A stretch of DNA of 64,000 bases from Chiloscyllium plagiosum (GCF_004010195.1 NC_057719.1:50916913-50980912); one strand, 5' to 3'. Counted from the first letter of the stretch, positions 50,770-63,280 are shown. Program-made: numbers and translations. Notes: generated by a model from the sequence alone, not told the origin.

Positions 50770-52580
50770 CAGCCCACTCATGATTTTGGAAACCTCTATC
50801 AAATTGTCCATTAGCTTTCTCTCCAAGGAGAGCACAGTCTCAGTCTTTTCAATCTATCCTTGTTACTGAAGTAACCCGCTTCTGTACTCACTTCAATGCT
50901 TTCACAGCTTTCTTAACGTGGTGCGCAGAACTATACACAGTACACCAGGGTGAGGTCAAATAAAGTGTCTCATACAAGTTCAACATTTTCTCCCTGATCT
51001 TGTACTCTGTAATAAAGCCAAGAATACTGTACGCTTTATTACCTGCTTTCTCTGCCTGCCCTGCTGCTTTAAATGATTGGTTCACATAAATACCCAGGTC
51101 TCTCCGCTCCTGTGACCTGCTTAGAATTTTAGTCCTTATATGATCTTTCAATGTTCTTCCTATTATAATGCATCACTTCTCTTCATTGAATCTCATCTGT
51201 TACCTATTATTTCCTCACTAATTTGTTATCTGTGGCATTAGATTAAACACCTGAATATACACTACATCACTGGTACCTCTTCAAATAACTCCAGCGAGTT
51301 AGTTGAATACAATTACCCCTTTAGAAATCCACACTGATGCTTCATAAACAACCCATCTTTCTCCCTGTAACGACTAATTCTATTCCAAATAAATTATTTC
51401 TAGAAGTTTTCCCATAAATGAAGCTAAACCAACTGGTCTGTAATCCCTAGGTTTATCCTTGCAGCCTTTCTTGGATAAGGCAGTAATTTTGTAATTTTCC
51501 AGTCTTTTGATGCCTCCCAAGTATAGGGAAGACTGATATATGATGGTCAGTGCCCCTACAAATTCCACTTCCGCTTCCTCAAAGTCCTTGGATGCATCGC
51601 TTTGATCCCAATACTTATCAACTTAATGTGCCAACAGTCTATCCAGTGCTTCTGCCCTATTAATTCTGGATCCTTCTAGTAACTGAGTTTCCTCCTCTGT
51701 CATCATGGCCTAGATGGCATCTCTTTCTTTGGGAATGACAGATGCAAAGTATTCTTTTAACACTTTGGGAATTTACATCTATGGTCCCTAATTGGCTGTA
51801 CTACTATTATTTATATATTCATGTGAGTGTTTTGGTAACCTCTATAATGGTTGCTAATCATAGAGATTATACAGCACAGAAACAAACCCTTCAGTCCAAC
51901 TCATCCATGTCGACTAGATATCCTAAAATCAATCTAGTCCCACTTGCCAGAATTCCACTAAAACCCCTCCTATTCATATACTCATCCTGATGCCTTTTAA
52001 ATGTTGTAATTGTACCAGCCTCCACCAGCTTATTCCATACACAAACACACCATTCATTGCATGAAAAAGTTGCCTGTTAGGTCCCTTTTAAATCTTTCCC
52101 CTCTCACCCTAAACCTATGCCATTTACTTTCGGATTCCCCTAACCCAGGGAAAAGATCTTGACTATTTAGCCTATCCATGCCCCTCATGATTTTAAGGTC
52201 ACTCCTCTGGCCTCCAAAACATCAGAGAAAACAGCCCCAGCCGATTCGGCCTCCCCCTGAAGCTCAAACCCTCCAACCTTAATAACATCCTTGTAAATCT
52301 TTTCTGAACCCTTTCAGGTTTGGCAACATCCTTCCTAAAGGAGGGAGACCAGAGTGGCACACAATCATCATCCAAGGAGCTCTGGATTTGTTTACTCACT
52401 TTTCCCATTTGAAAAAATATACCTTGATTGTACCTGAACTGCCTCTCCTTTGAAGATAGCCCAATGTTCAGTTACTGTTCTTCTGCTAACCTCTCATTCC
52501 AACCAATCCCACCCTGCTCTGTTCTTGTCCCATTAAGGTCTGCTCTCCGCCAATTAATTTTTCCTCATTCTGGATTTTTG
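50770..52580 (-). mobile_element. CR1 LINE that hosts the Gmr1-like insertion (continues at 42480-42721), with a younger CR1 at about 51858-52365
   Basis: KGCKDKPRDYRPVGLASFMGKLLE and RDLGIYVNQSFK. The sequence reads through across the LTR element junctions. Confidence 0.8.
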
Positions 52581-52799
52581 CATGTCATTTCCACCAAATA
52601 TTGATGAATTCTTCTAACTTTGTTGCTGAGAGTCCAAATAACCCAAAAAGGTCAACTCAAATACAGGAATTGTTACTACATGACTTCAACACCTAATAAA
52701 ATTAGTAGAATGAAAAAATGGTCCTCAAAATGATCAACAAGAGCCTTTGAAAAAAGTTGTGATCTTTGGCATAGGGTTAGGTTCAATGTAGAACTGGTT

Positions 52800-53420
52800 A
52801 CAGGATGTGAATAACCAAATTGTCTGAAAGAGTTGTGAGTGTAAACCTGCGCTTTCAATGATCTTTGTAAATAGAGGCATAGAGTATAAAAGCAAAAGGC
52901 ACTTTGCAAACCTATATGAAACAGTTCAATCGTACAGTAACTCTAGTTTCCAGTTGTGGATGTGAAGGCATTGTAGAGGGTTCAGAAGAGATTTATTACA
53001 ACAACTCCGGGCCTGAGGGATTAGAGAGAAGTGAGGTTGTTCTCCTTTGAGCCAACAAACCTGAAGAAATTCGGTGGTGGTGTATAAAAACTATGATGGG
53101 TTAATAGAATAAATTGATTTGGTTTCTAATAACCAATCGGTTGGCTCAGATTTAATTAAATTTCAGTTTATTTGCAAAAGAACCAAAGACGACAAGGTAA
53201 AACCTTTATACATAGGGTGGTTAGTATTTAAGATGCCCTCCCTCCTGATATTGTGGTTGATAAGATCAAAATTAGTGTTCAGAAGGAATTTGGATAAGCA
53301 CTTGGAGAAAAGAAATATAGGAGGGGGAAACATGGCATAGAGGTAGATAACAGTCCATGGACAAACGTTTGAGGATTGTAGTGTCCGTGAAGCATGCACA
53401 GACATCATTGTGAAGAAACA
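52800..53420 (+). mobile_element. Old CR1 3' remnant
   Basis: Degenerate RGIEYKS, LxRVQKRF and FRRNLDKHL. Confidence 0.6.
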
Positions 53421-53509
53421 GTTTGGATGGTTGCTGTGACAAGCATTTTGAGAGCTGCAGATGCCAGGTAGTTCTCCATGTCCAGAGTTTGCATCATCTG
53501 GAATGAAAA

Positions 53510-53705
53510 ACTCAGTTGGCTGGATGGCTGGTTTGCAATGTAGAGTGACACCAACAGCATGGGTTCAATTCCCACACCGACTGAGGTTTTCATGAAGAAC
53601 TGCCCTTCTCAACCTCTCCCCTTTGCTTGAAACATGGTGATCTCAGGTTAACCTACCAGTCACCTCTCTCCATTGAGAATGCAGCCCAATAGGACTATGG
53701 TGATG
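53510..53705 (+). mobile_element. tRNA-derived SINE (third family)
   Basis: A-box-like ctcagttggctgg and B-box gggttcaattccc. Confidence 0.55.
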
Positions 53706-55559
53706 GAAGTTTTAAAAAATAGAAACAAATAAAAGCACATGATAGGTTTGCATAATAATTGACATGCATTAGCCTCATCTCTGCAACTCAATGTGCCACC
53801 AGGAAATTTAATGAGGCAGCAATCATAATTTCAGCTGCACTGCACATCATGCTTCCCATTCTTGGGCTCTTAACCTTCCCTCCCCCCGCCAGGAATATCT
53901 TAAAAAAATATATGCATTGATCCTATTTCTATCATCAGCTAAAACAACTCAAACTTACAACTAAATTGATTTGCCTGTTCTTTTGCTTTTAGATCCTTTA
54001 TATATCACTGTTTTCTTCCCTAATCTCATATGTAAGATAGTTTCTCAAAAATCTCTCCATTCTGAACAAACAATGAAAAAAGTTAAAGGACTCAGCAGAT
54101 TTTATCTCAAAGTCTGCATTGCCAACTGAATTATACTATTTCAATGAGGGCCATACCCAGGATTTTCTACTTTGCTTTGGGTGTTTGAAGCACAAATAGT
54201 GAATTATAGAACCTGAAAATCATTTGAAGTCTAAGTACTTGAAAACAATGGTGGCTAGTATTACTATGCTTTGGCTATGATTTTTTATTCATAAAATCCA
54301 GTCAATATTATTGCAAATATTGACTTTATGCTTCAGCAAGTAGCTTTAAGTTATCCCCATCAATTCAACAGAAACTTAGAATGTCATATGCATAAAAATG
54401 CAGAGCTCCATTGCATTATTGATTACATTCACATTATTTTCATTAAAAATCTAATTAATGATCACTTCTAATATGTAACACTTGACAGATCAGTGTATCA
54501 CTATATTTCATTGGAAAAGTAATGAATTTTCATCACCCTTGCATGAACAGTGAGGTGCTGTCACAACAACGCTACTCTTTCTGCTTGGCTTTCCGTAGTT
54601 CTACCTCATCCCACCATACGTCATCTGTGTTGCGACAAGCAAAATAAAATATTTGCAGCAGAGGCCAAAGCAAATCTTCAGTAAAGACCATCAATTGGAA
54701 AGCACAGAGTTTATAGTTTGAATGATTAGAGTGTTGATAGAAAATAATTTTATTACACTCTGGCATATAAACTAATTTTATTTGTTCAAAGATCATTTGA
54801 TGGTAAGTAAATGCTCACTGGCATTGAATATGAAGCTTTTAACTGAATGTTATTACTTACAATAAGATATCCTCAAGCTAAGTAACTTAAATCCGAGTAT
54901 ATGTTTTCCTTGAGGGAAAAAACAGCATTTATCATCGCAATGATTTTATTTATAATACTAGTCTTTTGAATCTACAGAGCCTGCAACATAAATTGTTAAA
55001 ATAATTCTAGTTTAGGAATTTAAAACATTTTCAGAATATATTGCATGGTTTAGCGAGGAGTATTTAGAATCGTTGTGTTTGAGAAAGTTATGCCCTTAAA
55101 TTATTTTCTACTTACAACAAAATTTAATCGCAACATGTTTAACAGTAGAAGGACCAAAAATCAATTTGCATTTGTTGGCTCGAAAAATATTTAGGCAAGA
55201 ATGGTTCTTACTCTTTAGATATGGTATTTGCCAAGCGATGATTTAACTTCTTTCCAACTCTAGTCCACTGCAAATACAGGGCAGTTTCATGCTAAACACC
55301 CAGACCATGCTGCATCTCAGCAGAATTGAGTAACTGTCAAGCACAGCCATAGTCTACTCAGCATTGGCACACAGACCAGTATACCACCTGTATTATTCCC
55401 TGGAATCCATCCCAAAATCAATGGCAATCCTAGCCACTCAGTAAAATCTAAAGTGTACAGTGTATACAATATGCTGTGAATTTAAAATATCTTACTGTGT
55501 TGGAAAAGAGTATTACTTGAGGTATTCATTATTTAGCTATTGTGTTAAATATGTTCACT

Positions 55560-55795
55560 CAATCCGATAAGTTAAGGATAAGATTCTCCTTAACTTTATC
55601 TGCCAAAGCTCTCATCCCCTTTTTTGCCTTTCTGATTTCTTTCCTAAGTATGCTCCTACTCCCTTTACACAAGGGATTCACTTGATTCCAGTTGCTTATA
55701 TTGTCATGTGCCTCCTCCTTTTTCTTGACCAGAGCCTCAATATGTCTAATTATCCAGTGTTCCCTACTCCTGTCAGCCTTGTCCTTCACGCTGAC
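55560..55795 (-). mobile_element. CR1 ORF2 internal fragment
   Basis: IEALVKKK...SRSILRKEIRKAKK, homologous to the + copy at 55930-56150. Confidence 0.8.
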
Positions 55796-55799
55796 ATCC

Positions 55800-57765
55800 T
55801 CTCAGAGTATATGAAAATCTTTACCACAAAGCTGATTGGGGGCAGATGTTCGCAGGTAAAGGGACGGCTGGAAAATAGGAAGCCTTCAGAAATGAGATAA
55901 CGAGAGTCCAGAGACACTATATTCCAGTTAGGATAAAAGGAACGGCTGGTACGTACAGGGAATGCTAGATGACTAGAGAAATTGAGGGTTTGGTTAAGAA
56001 AAAGAAGGAAACATGTCAAATATAGACGGAAGAGACCAAGTGAATCTTTAGAAGAGTATAAAGGCAGTAGGAGTATACTTAAGAGGGAAATCAGGAGGGC
56101 AAAAAAGGGGACATGAGATAGCTTTGGCAAATAGAGTTAGGGAGAATCCAAAGGTTTTTTTTACAAATACCTTAAGGACAAAAGGGTAACTAGGGAGTGA
56201 ACAGGGCCCCTCAAAGATCAGCAAGGCGGCCTTTGTGTGGAACTGCAGGAGATGGGGGAGATACAAAACGAGTCTTTTGCATCAGTTTTCTCTGTGGAAA
56301 AGGACATGGAAGATGTAGAATGTAGGGAAATAGATGGTGACATCTTGAAAAATGTCCATGTTACAGAGGAGGAAGTGCTGGATGCCTTGAAATGCATAAA
56401 AGTGGATAAATCCCCAGGATCTGATCGGGTGTACCCTCGAGCTCTGTGGGAAGCTAGAGAAGTGATTACTGGGCCTCTTGCTGAGATATTTGTATCATCG
56501 ATAGTCACAGGTGAGGTGCTAGAAGACTGGAGGTTGGCTAATGTGGTGCTACTGGTTAAGAAAGGTGGTAAGGACAAGCCAGGGAACTATAGATCAGTGA
56601 ACCGGATGTCGATAGTGGGCAAGTTGTTGGAGGGAGTCCTGAGGGACAAGATGTATATGTATTTGGAAAAGCAAGGACTAACTAGGGAGAGTCAACATGG
56701 CTTTGAGAGTGTGGGAAATCATGTCTCACAAACTTGATGGAGTTTTTTTCAAGAAGTAACGAAGAGCATTGATGAGGGCAGAGCAGTAGATGTGATCTAT
56801 ATGGACTTCGGTAAGGCATTTGACAAGGTTCCCCATGGGAGACTGGTTAGCAAGGTTAGATCTCATGGAATACAGGGAGAACTAGCCATTTGGATACAGA
56901 ACAGGCTCAAAGGTAGAAGACAGAGGGTGGTGATGGAGGGTTTGGAGTGCCAGAAGGATCGGTGCTGGGTCCACTACTTTTCGTCATTTATATAAATGAT
57001 TTGGATGTCAGCATAAGAGGTATAGTTAGTAAGTTTGCAGATGACACCAAATTGGAGGTGTGGTGGACAGTGAAGAAGGTTACCTCAGATTACAACAGGA
57101 TCTTGATCAGATGGGCCAATGGGTTAAGAAGTGGCAGATGGAGTTTAATTTAGATAAATGCTAGGTGCTGCATTTTGGGAAAGCAAATCTTAGCACATTG
57201 GTTCGGCCACTGTTGGAATATTGCTTGCAATTCTGGTCTCCTTCCTATTGGAAAGATGTTGTGCAACTTGAAAGGGTTCAGAAAAGATTTACAGGGATGT
57301 TGCCAGGGTTGGAGGATTTGAGGTATAGGGAGAAGTTGAATAGGCTGGGGCTGTTTTCCCTGGAGCTTCGGAGGCTGAGGAGTGATCTTATAGAGGTTTA
57401 TAAAATCATGGGAGGGGCATAGATAGGGTAAATAGACAAAGTCTTTTCCCTGGGATGGGGCAGTCCCGAACTAGAGGACATAGGTTTAGGGTGAGAGGGG
57501 AAAGATATAAAAAGGGACCTAAGCGGCAACTTTTTCATTCAGAGGGTGGTGCTTGTAAGGAATGAGCTGCCAGAGGACGTGGTGGCGGCTAGTACAATTG
57601 CAACCTTTAAAAGGCATCTGGATCGGTATATGATTAGGAAAGGTTTGGAGGGATATGGGCCGGGTGCTGGCAGGTGGGACTAGATTGGGTGGGATTTCTG
57701 GACGACATGCATAAATTGGACCGAAGGGTTTGTTTCCATGCTGTACATCTTTATAAGTCCATGAG
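55800..57765 (+). mobile_element. 5'-truncated CR1 (HER1-type) LINE ORF2 with frameshifts and internal deletions
   Basis: [62 protein letters not shown] and the 3' tail. Confidence 0.93.
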
Positions 57766-57882
57766 AGCTGTCGAGGCTGGGTGTTTAACATATTGAGATA
57801 GATTTTTTTTTAAAAAGTCAGTAACGGAATCAAGGGTCATGGGGATAAGGCAGGATAGCTAGCGGAGGAATATCAAATATTT

Positions 57883-58190
57883 GGGGCAGCACAGTGGTTC
57901 ATTGGTAGCACAGCTGCCTCAGTGCCAGGGACCCCGGTTCGATTCGCTTTGGCAACTGTCTGTAAGGAGTTTGCCCCGTACATGCGGTTTCTGCCGTGTG
58001 TGCCAGTTTCCTCCAGCAGTCCAAAGATGTACATGTTAGGTGGATTGGCAGTGCTAACTTGCCCATAGTGTTCAGGGATGTTTAGGGTGCGGTGTCAGCC
58101 ATGGTAGATGCAGAGTCACAGGGATGGGGTGGGGCACTGTTCAGAGGGGTAGTGTGGACTTGTTGGACTGGGTAGCCTGTTTCCACCCTA
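57883..58190 (+). mobile_element. HE1-type SINE (diverged)
   Basis: Head ggggcagcacagtgg...ggttcgattc and body matching 10462. Confidence 0.8.
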
Positions 58191-58624
58191 TTGACCTGTT
58201 CAGCAATGTTATTACATATCTTTGGAGCAGGTGGGACTTGAACCCAGGTCTTTCAGACCATGATTAGGGACACTCACTGCACCACAAGTGGGCCCCTACC
58301 ACTATTGGGATGCAATTTTTAAAAAGTGATCTTATTGAATGGCAGAGCAGACTTGATGAGCTGAATGGCCTATTCTTTGAACAGTGGCAATTGCCTATTG
58401 CAGTTCAGATATTTGATAGGTAGTTTCTAAATATGCTATTGAAATTGAGCATAATGGGCTGCAGTTTAAGTTAATGTTTACTGCGAAATGGGGAATAATT
58501 TGGGTACTGCAAAATAGTCTTGGGTTGCGCTTGTGGAACAATCTACTCACGCCTTAGGTTAGATATTTTTCATAATTTTGGAACCTGAATTCATCATAAT
58601 TTGCTTAATATTACTCTTAAAAAG

Positions 58625-58767
58625 GTACCAAGGCTGAAAACTCTTCTGAACTTCAAGCAACTGCTTTGAAAATGTCCGTAACAGTACCTTCCATGAATGA
58701 AGAGGAGCAATCTGGCAGCATCAGCACTGTAGATGGTGACGACACTTCTGGGGCTGAGATATTTTAA
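58625..58767 (+). CDS. KIAA0586: Terminal coding exon of TALPID3/KIAA0586 (x-TKAENSSELQATALKMSVTVPSMNEEEQSGSISTVDGDDTSGAEIF*)
   Basis: Acceptor ...ttactcttaaaaag|GT, phase 1, open to TAA at 58765-58767. The ending aligns by eye to the remembered human C-terminus KMSVMLPSVNLEDCSQSLSLSTMQEDMESSGADTF. AATAAA signals follow. Confidence 0.8.
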
Positions 58768-58925
58768 ACATTCACTTTCTTATAAAAAGCTTTTATCATT
58801 ATGAAAGTTTTCTATTAAGTATTTTGGAATATTGTTATCTTTTAATTCTAAGTTTCAGTGATTTTAATTTATGTTTGTTGTAACAAATGATGGCAAAAGC
58901 CTTATTCTTGATTGCAATATATTGT

Positions 58926-58970
58926 AATAAACCTGATGCATTCATGATTGTGTTTTAATTAAGCAATAAA
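58926..58970 (+). terminator. Candidate polyadenylation signals of the KIAA0586-like gene
   Basis: AATAAA at 58926-58931 and 58965-58970, 160-200 nt after the stop, in an AT-rich TE-free 3'UTR. Confidence 0.55.
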
Positions 58971-59468
58971 TGGATCTATTTCCTTAGAAGTCGATAATTA
59001 TTGTGTTTTATAGAAAAAAATGTGGTAAACTCAAATGCCATGTTTGTAGTTCAGGGTTCCTTTAGTTTCTCTCCCAAACCAATATTTCTGGAATGGGAAA
59101 ATACAATTCCCATTAAAAATGACAGCTGACAAGCTGAAATGCCTTGCTGGCTGATAGTTATCACCTGTACTCAGGACAAATAGCACAAAAATGTAAAAAT
59201 AAGAAATCTGCTTGTATCAAATATTTTTATACATCAATTTACACTAAACTCTGTAAAGATTAATATCTGTTAACATTTTCCAAAAGCCTGTAGGTTTTCC
59301 TTCTGCTCACTTTAAAAAAAAGTTCCACCTTGATTTTCTATTTTTTTTAAACGTTGATACTGGTACACAACATTGTCATCTTTGTGAAGCCTTAGACTCA
59401 ACTGCACGTAAATTTGACAACAATGACAAGATTTTGCAGACTCTGTTGTCTCTGTTGCTGCAATTTAT

Positions 59469-60130
59469 GATGTGGATGTGCCAGTGTTGGACTGGGACAA
59501 AGTCAGAAGGCACAGCACCAGGTTATAATCCAACAGGTTTATTTGGAATCACAAGCTTTCAGAGCGCTGCTCATTCATCAGGTGAAGTGAAGTGAAGGGA
59601 TGCACACAGGCACAGAATTTTTAATGCAGAGAGATAACGGTAACATAATTCCAGGTAATTAAGAGTGTCAAAAGGTAAATACAAAATGGTGAGAGTGGAG
59701 TGTCAATAGGCTTTAGATTAGAGTGGTGCTGGAAAAGCACAGCATGTCAGGCAGCATCTGAGGAGCAGGAAAGTCGATGTTTTGGGCAAAAGCCCTTCAT
59801 CAGGAATGGAGGCAGGGACCATCTCTCCACCCTGGAGGCTCCCTGCTTCCATTCCTAATGAAGGGCTTTTGCCCAAAACGTCGATTTTCCTGCTCCTCAG
59901 ATGCTGCCTGACCTGCTGTGCTTTTCCAGCACCACTCTAATCTAAACTCTGGTTTCCAACATCTGCAGTCCTCACTTCTGCCTTGTCAATAGGCAGCACA
60001 GCAAGTCTTTGCAGATGATCAAAAGTGTCAAACGGTGTGAGTAAAGTATCAACAGCTGAATAGCAAGTTAAGGAATGACCTAGGATCCAATTAATAATTA
60101 TATTTAAAAAAGGATGGTGCTAGAGATATA
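59469..60130 (-). mobile_element. Penelope-like terminal fragment (third family) with a hammerhead core at about 59552-59585
   Basis: Minus strand reads cacCTGATGAatgagcagcgctctGAAAgctt. Related to 16525-16605. Confidence 0.65.
59712..59983. mobile_element. 272-bp hairpin Penelope-derived mini-element
   Basis: Perfect 11-bp TSD tgtcaataggc (59701-59711 and 59984-59994). 59712-59818 is a near-perfect inverted repeat of 59839-59946. Confidence 0.92.
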
Positions 60131-60619
60131 CCTATCGTTATTCCAGCCTTTTGGTTTAAGAGTGGCATGACAAGGTCTGACCAAAGTAACAAGTAATCCA
60201 AAAACCTTAAGAAAAATGTGGGTATTCAGTTGTCCCATTCAACCAAAAACTGAATTTGTCATTGCTGTCTCTGGAACGTTACAAACACTTTTGCCTACAT
60301 AGCAACAGTGAACACACTTCAAATATATCTCATTGGCTGTAAAATCGTTTAGGATGCTCTGAAATTATAAAAAGGTACTATATAAAAAAGTGTGTTTTTC
60401 ATTCCCTTTGAGCTGTCCCTGCAGGAGAAAAGTTGGATCTTGCCACTGTCATCAGCACCATTACTTGAAAGCAACCACTTGTGTTTATTTTGTTTCAGCA
60501 TTATTGAATTTCTGATCAATCACAGATGAAAATGGAAGCAGTCAGGAATGATTGATAATAGCAGATAATCCCAGTGTAACTTTCCACTGAAACTTTGTTC
60601 AAATAGTATGGATTGAGAC

Positions 60620-60868
60620 AACTGTGTGTCGAGTTTGCACATTCTCCCAGTGTCTGTGTGGGTTTTCTTCCACAGTTCAAAGATTGCAGGTTAGGTGGAT
60701 TGGCCATGCTAAATTGCCCATAGTGTCTAGGGATGTGGAGGCTAGGTGGGTTAGCCATGGGAAATGCAGAGTTAGAAAGGGGTGGCTCTGGGTGGGATGC
60801 TGTTTGGAGGGTCAGTGTAACTCGATGGGCCGACTGGCCTGTTTCTACATTGTCAGGATTCTATGATT
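60620..60868 (+). mobile_element. 5'-truncated HE1-type SINE
   Basis: gagtttgcacattctccc...aggttaggtggattggccatgctaaattgccc. Confidence 0.85.
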
Positions 60869-61662
60869 CAAACAAAAATATATTCTTTGCCGAGTTGTTC
60901 AACTGCAATACAAAGGTGATCAGAAATATGCTTTGCTGTTGATGACAGGATGCAGCCACAAAATCATTTCAGTAAATATTTACAATCAAGGATTTGAACA
61001 GCCCAATTCATTGGCTCAGAAATACCAATGTATAATTGACTGCATAGAGATAAAATAGAAAATTTAGTAGAGGGGAACAATATGAATTTTATATTAAGTG
61101 GCAATATTTGAAGTAATAGAGGAGCAAATAAAATTGGTATTTTGATGGAAAGGTCATCAAATCTCAGTTCCATGTTTGCAAGGTGTTAATAAGATTTGGA
61201 AAGTTAGAGCCATATGCAATGAACAGTCGTCTCTGCCCAAGATATTACTATGGTTACTCTATTTATTGATGCTAGGGATCTGCTGCTTTTTCACAAGGAG
61301 TGTGTAAAGATCATAGGGGGAAATAAAAAATCCTTCTCCCTCACTACATTATAGTGGCACTGTCAGGAGACAAATAAGATTGACTGCCTATATTCCACCA
61401 CTGGCAAAACGGAAAAAAAGACAGAAATATAAAAAATACACTAAGTACTCAACATGGTTTTTGAGGGATTTAGTACATGTACTAATGTTCTTGCAGTTTA
61501 ATGTATAAAAATGTGAACTATGCAATTCACAATTCTTTTTAAAATTGAAGAAAGAGTACAAATACTTTTTTTAAAATCTCTACATATCTTGGTTAAGGAC
61601 TATTCCTGCAATTCATTTACTCTCTCTAGCTGCCATTTTGCAGCTAAACACTTAAGTCTTTA

Positions 61663-61940
61663 CGGCACGGTGGCTCAGTGGTTAGCATGCTGCCTCACAG
61701 CAATGGGTCCCAGGTTCGAGTCCAGCCTTGGCTACTGTCCGCGTGGAGTTTGCACATTCTCCCAGTGTCTGTGGGTGCTCAAGTTTCCTCCCTCACTCCA
61801 AAAGATGTGCAGGTAAGGTGAATTGGCCGTGCTAAATTGCCCATAGTGTTAGATTCATTAGTCAGAGGGGGGTGAGTTATGTTTCAGTGTGGACTTGTTG
61901 GGCTGAAGGGCCTGTTTCTACACTGTAGGGAATATAATCA
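61663..61940 (+). mobile_element. HE1-type SINE
   Basis: cggcacggtggctcagtggttagc head, ggttcgagtcc B-box and conserved body. Confidence 0.9.
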
Positions 61941-62439
61941 TTATTTGGCATTAATCATAACTTGCCTTCGTGGATTTCTTCTTCCCAACCAGTTCGATTG
62001 GAAGGTTCTGTCAGGATGATCTTTGTGTCTTGTATCAACCCATGAACACAGGCAATCACACTGCTCAAGTATTAAGACATTTGGACAACTTCCCGAATTA
62101 CCTCCAAATCAAATGTTAATCTTTAGCCGTTTGATTTATTCCATGTTAAAATGAAGAAAGGGCTAAGTGAACTAGATACAAGAAAGGCTATTCGTGTCCA
62201 ACGAGATCACATTTCTAATTCTAAAGACATATGTTCCTGAAAAGGCCTTTTAGCTAACCTATTGCAATACAGCTACAATACTAGCATTTTATTTGTTAAA
62301 ATAATGAAAATTTACCAATTTAGATCCTGTCAACAAAAGCAGACTAATCAATTTCAGCCATTTATGGCCCGACAAGTTCACGATCAATTATCAAAGTGAT
62401 ACAAAATGTCAACAACACAAATCACCAATAACTGATCAT

Positions 62440-63280
62440 CAGTGGGCAGTTTTGGTTCTGCCAGGACTACTCTGCTTGAGACCTCAATGCAGCCTTGGTC
62501 CTTGGGTGAAAGAGCAGAATTCCACAGCTAAGTTGCAAATGACTGTCCAAGGCATCAGGGCAGCATTTGACCAAGCATTCAGGATCCCAACAAAATTGAA
62601 TCAATGAGGATTACGGGGAACTCTCTCCAGTAACTGTACTTGCACCTGGCACAGATAAGTTCATTTCAGCTCAGGACATCACTGCAGGGAGTTTGTGGGG
62701 TGTCTTCCTAAGCCCAACCATTTTCAAATACCTTTTCTTTTCATTAGATCAGAAGTGGTGGGGACAGAAGTGAAAGAGTGATCACAGATTGCATAATGTT
62801 CTGTTCCATTCAGAACTTCAGATTCTGAAACAATACATTCACAGTTGCAGCAAGAGCTGAACAACCTTCAGGCTTAGACCAACAAATGACGTGTAACATT
62901 TGTGCCAAACAGCAACTATCTTCAGCTTTCCTTCACATTCAAGTTGCAGTGCCATTGCTGAATGCCATATCACCAACAGCTTGGTGTCATCATTTTATTA
63001 AATGTTCCTGTTTCTGGTCAATGACAATAAAAAAGAGGTCAATAAGTTGGAAATTCTTTGCTGTGTAATCCATCTCTAAATATCTCAAAGCCTGTCCATG
63101 CAGCAGAAGTCACTTATACATTTTCTCCACTCAGTCAAAATGACAGCACATTTAACAGACAGACAGACTGCAATACATTTCAAGAAAAGTGGCATACCAC
63201 CACACATTCTCAAGGCCATTTAGGGATAGATAATAACTGCTGGCTTTGCCAGATATACTCCCATCACCCCAAACAAATAA
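62440..63280 (+). mobile_element. Old LINE remnant (CR1-clade-like) carrying the tail shared with the 6826/20205 SINE family
   Basis: Degenerate IRAAFDQ and GCLPKPNHF RT-like stretches. Tail ttctcaaggccatttagggat...ctgctggctttgccag. Confidence 0.5.

Noticed and set aside
54792..54802. 11-nt micro-exon candidate before gtaagt, and the nearby acceptor candidates at about 53993 and 54589
   Set aside because: Each has either a phase mismatch or a weak donor, and there is no independent support.
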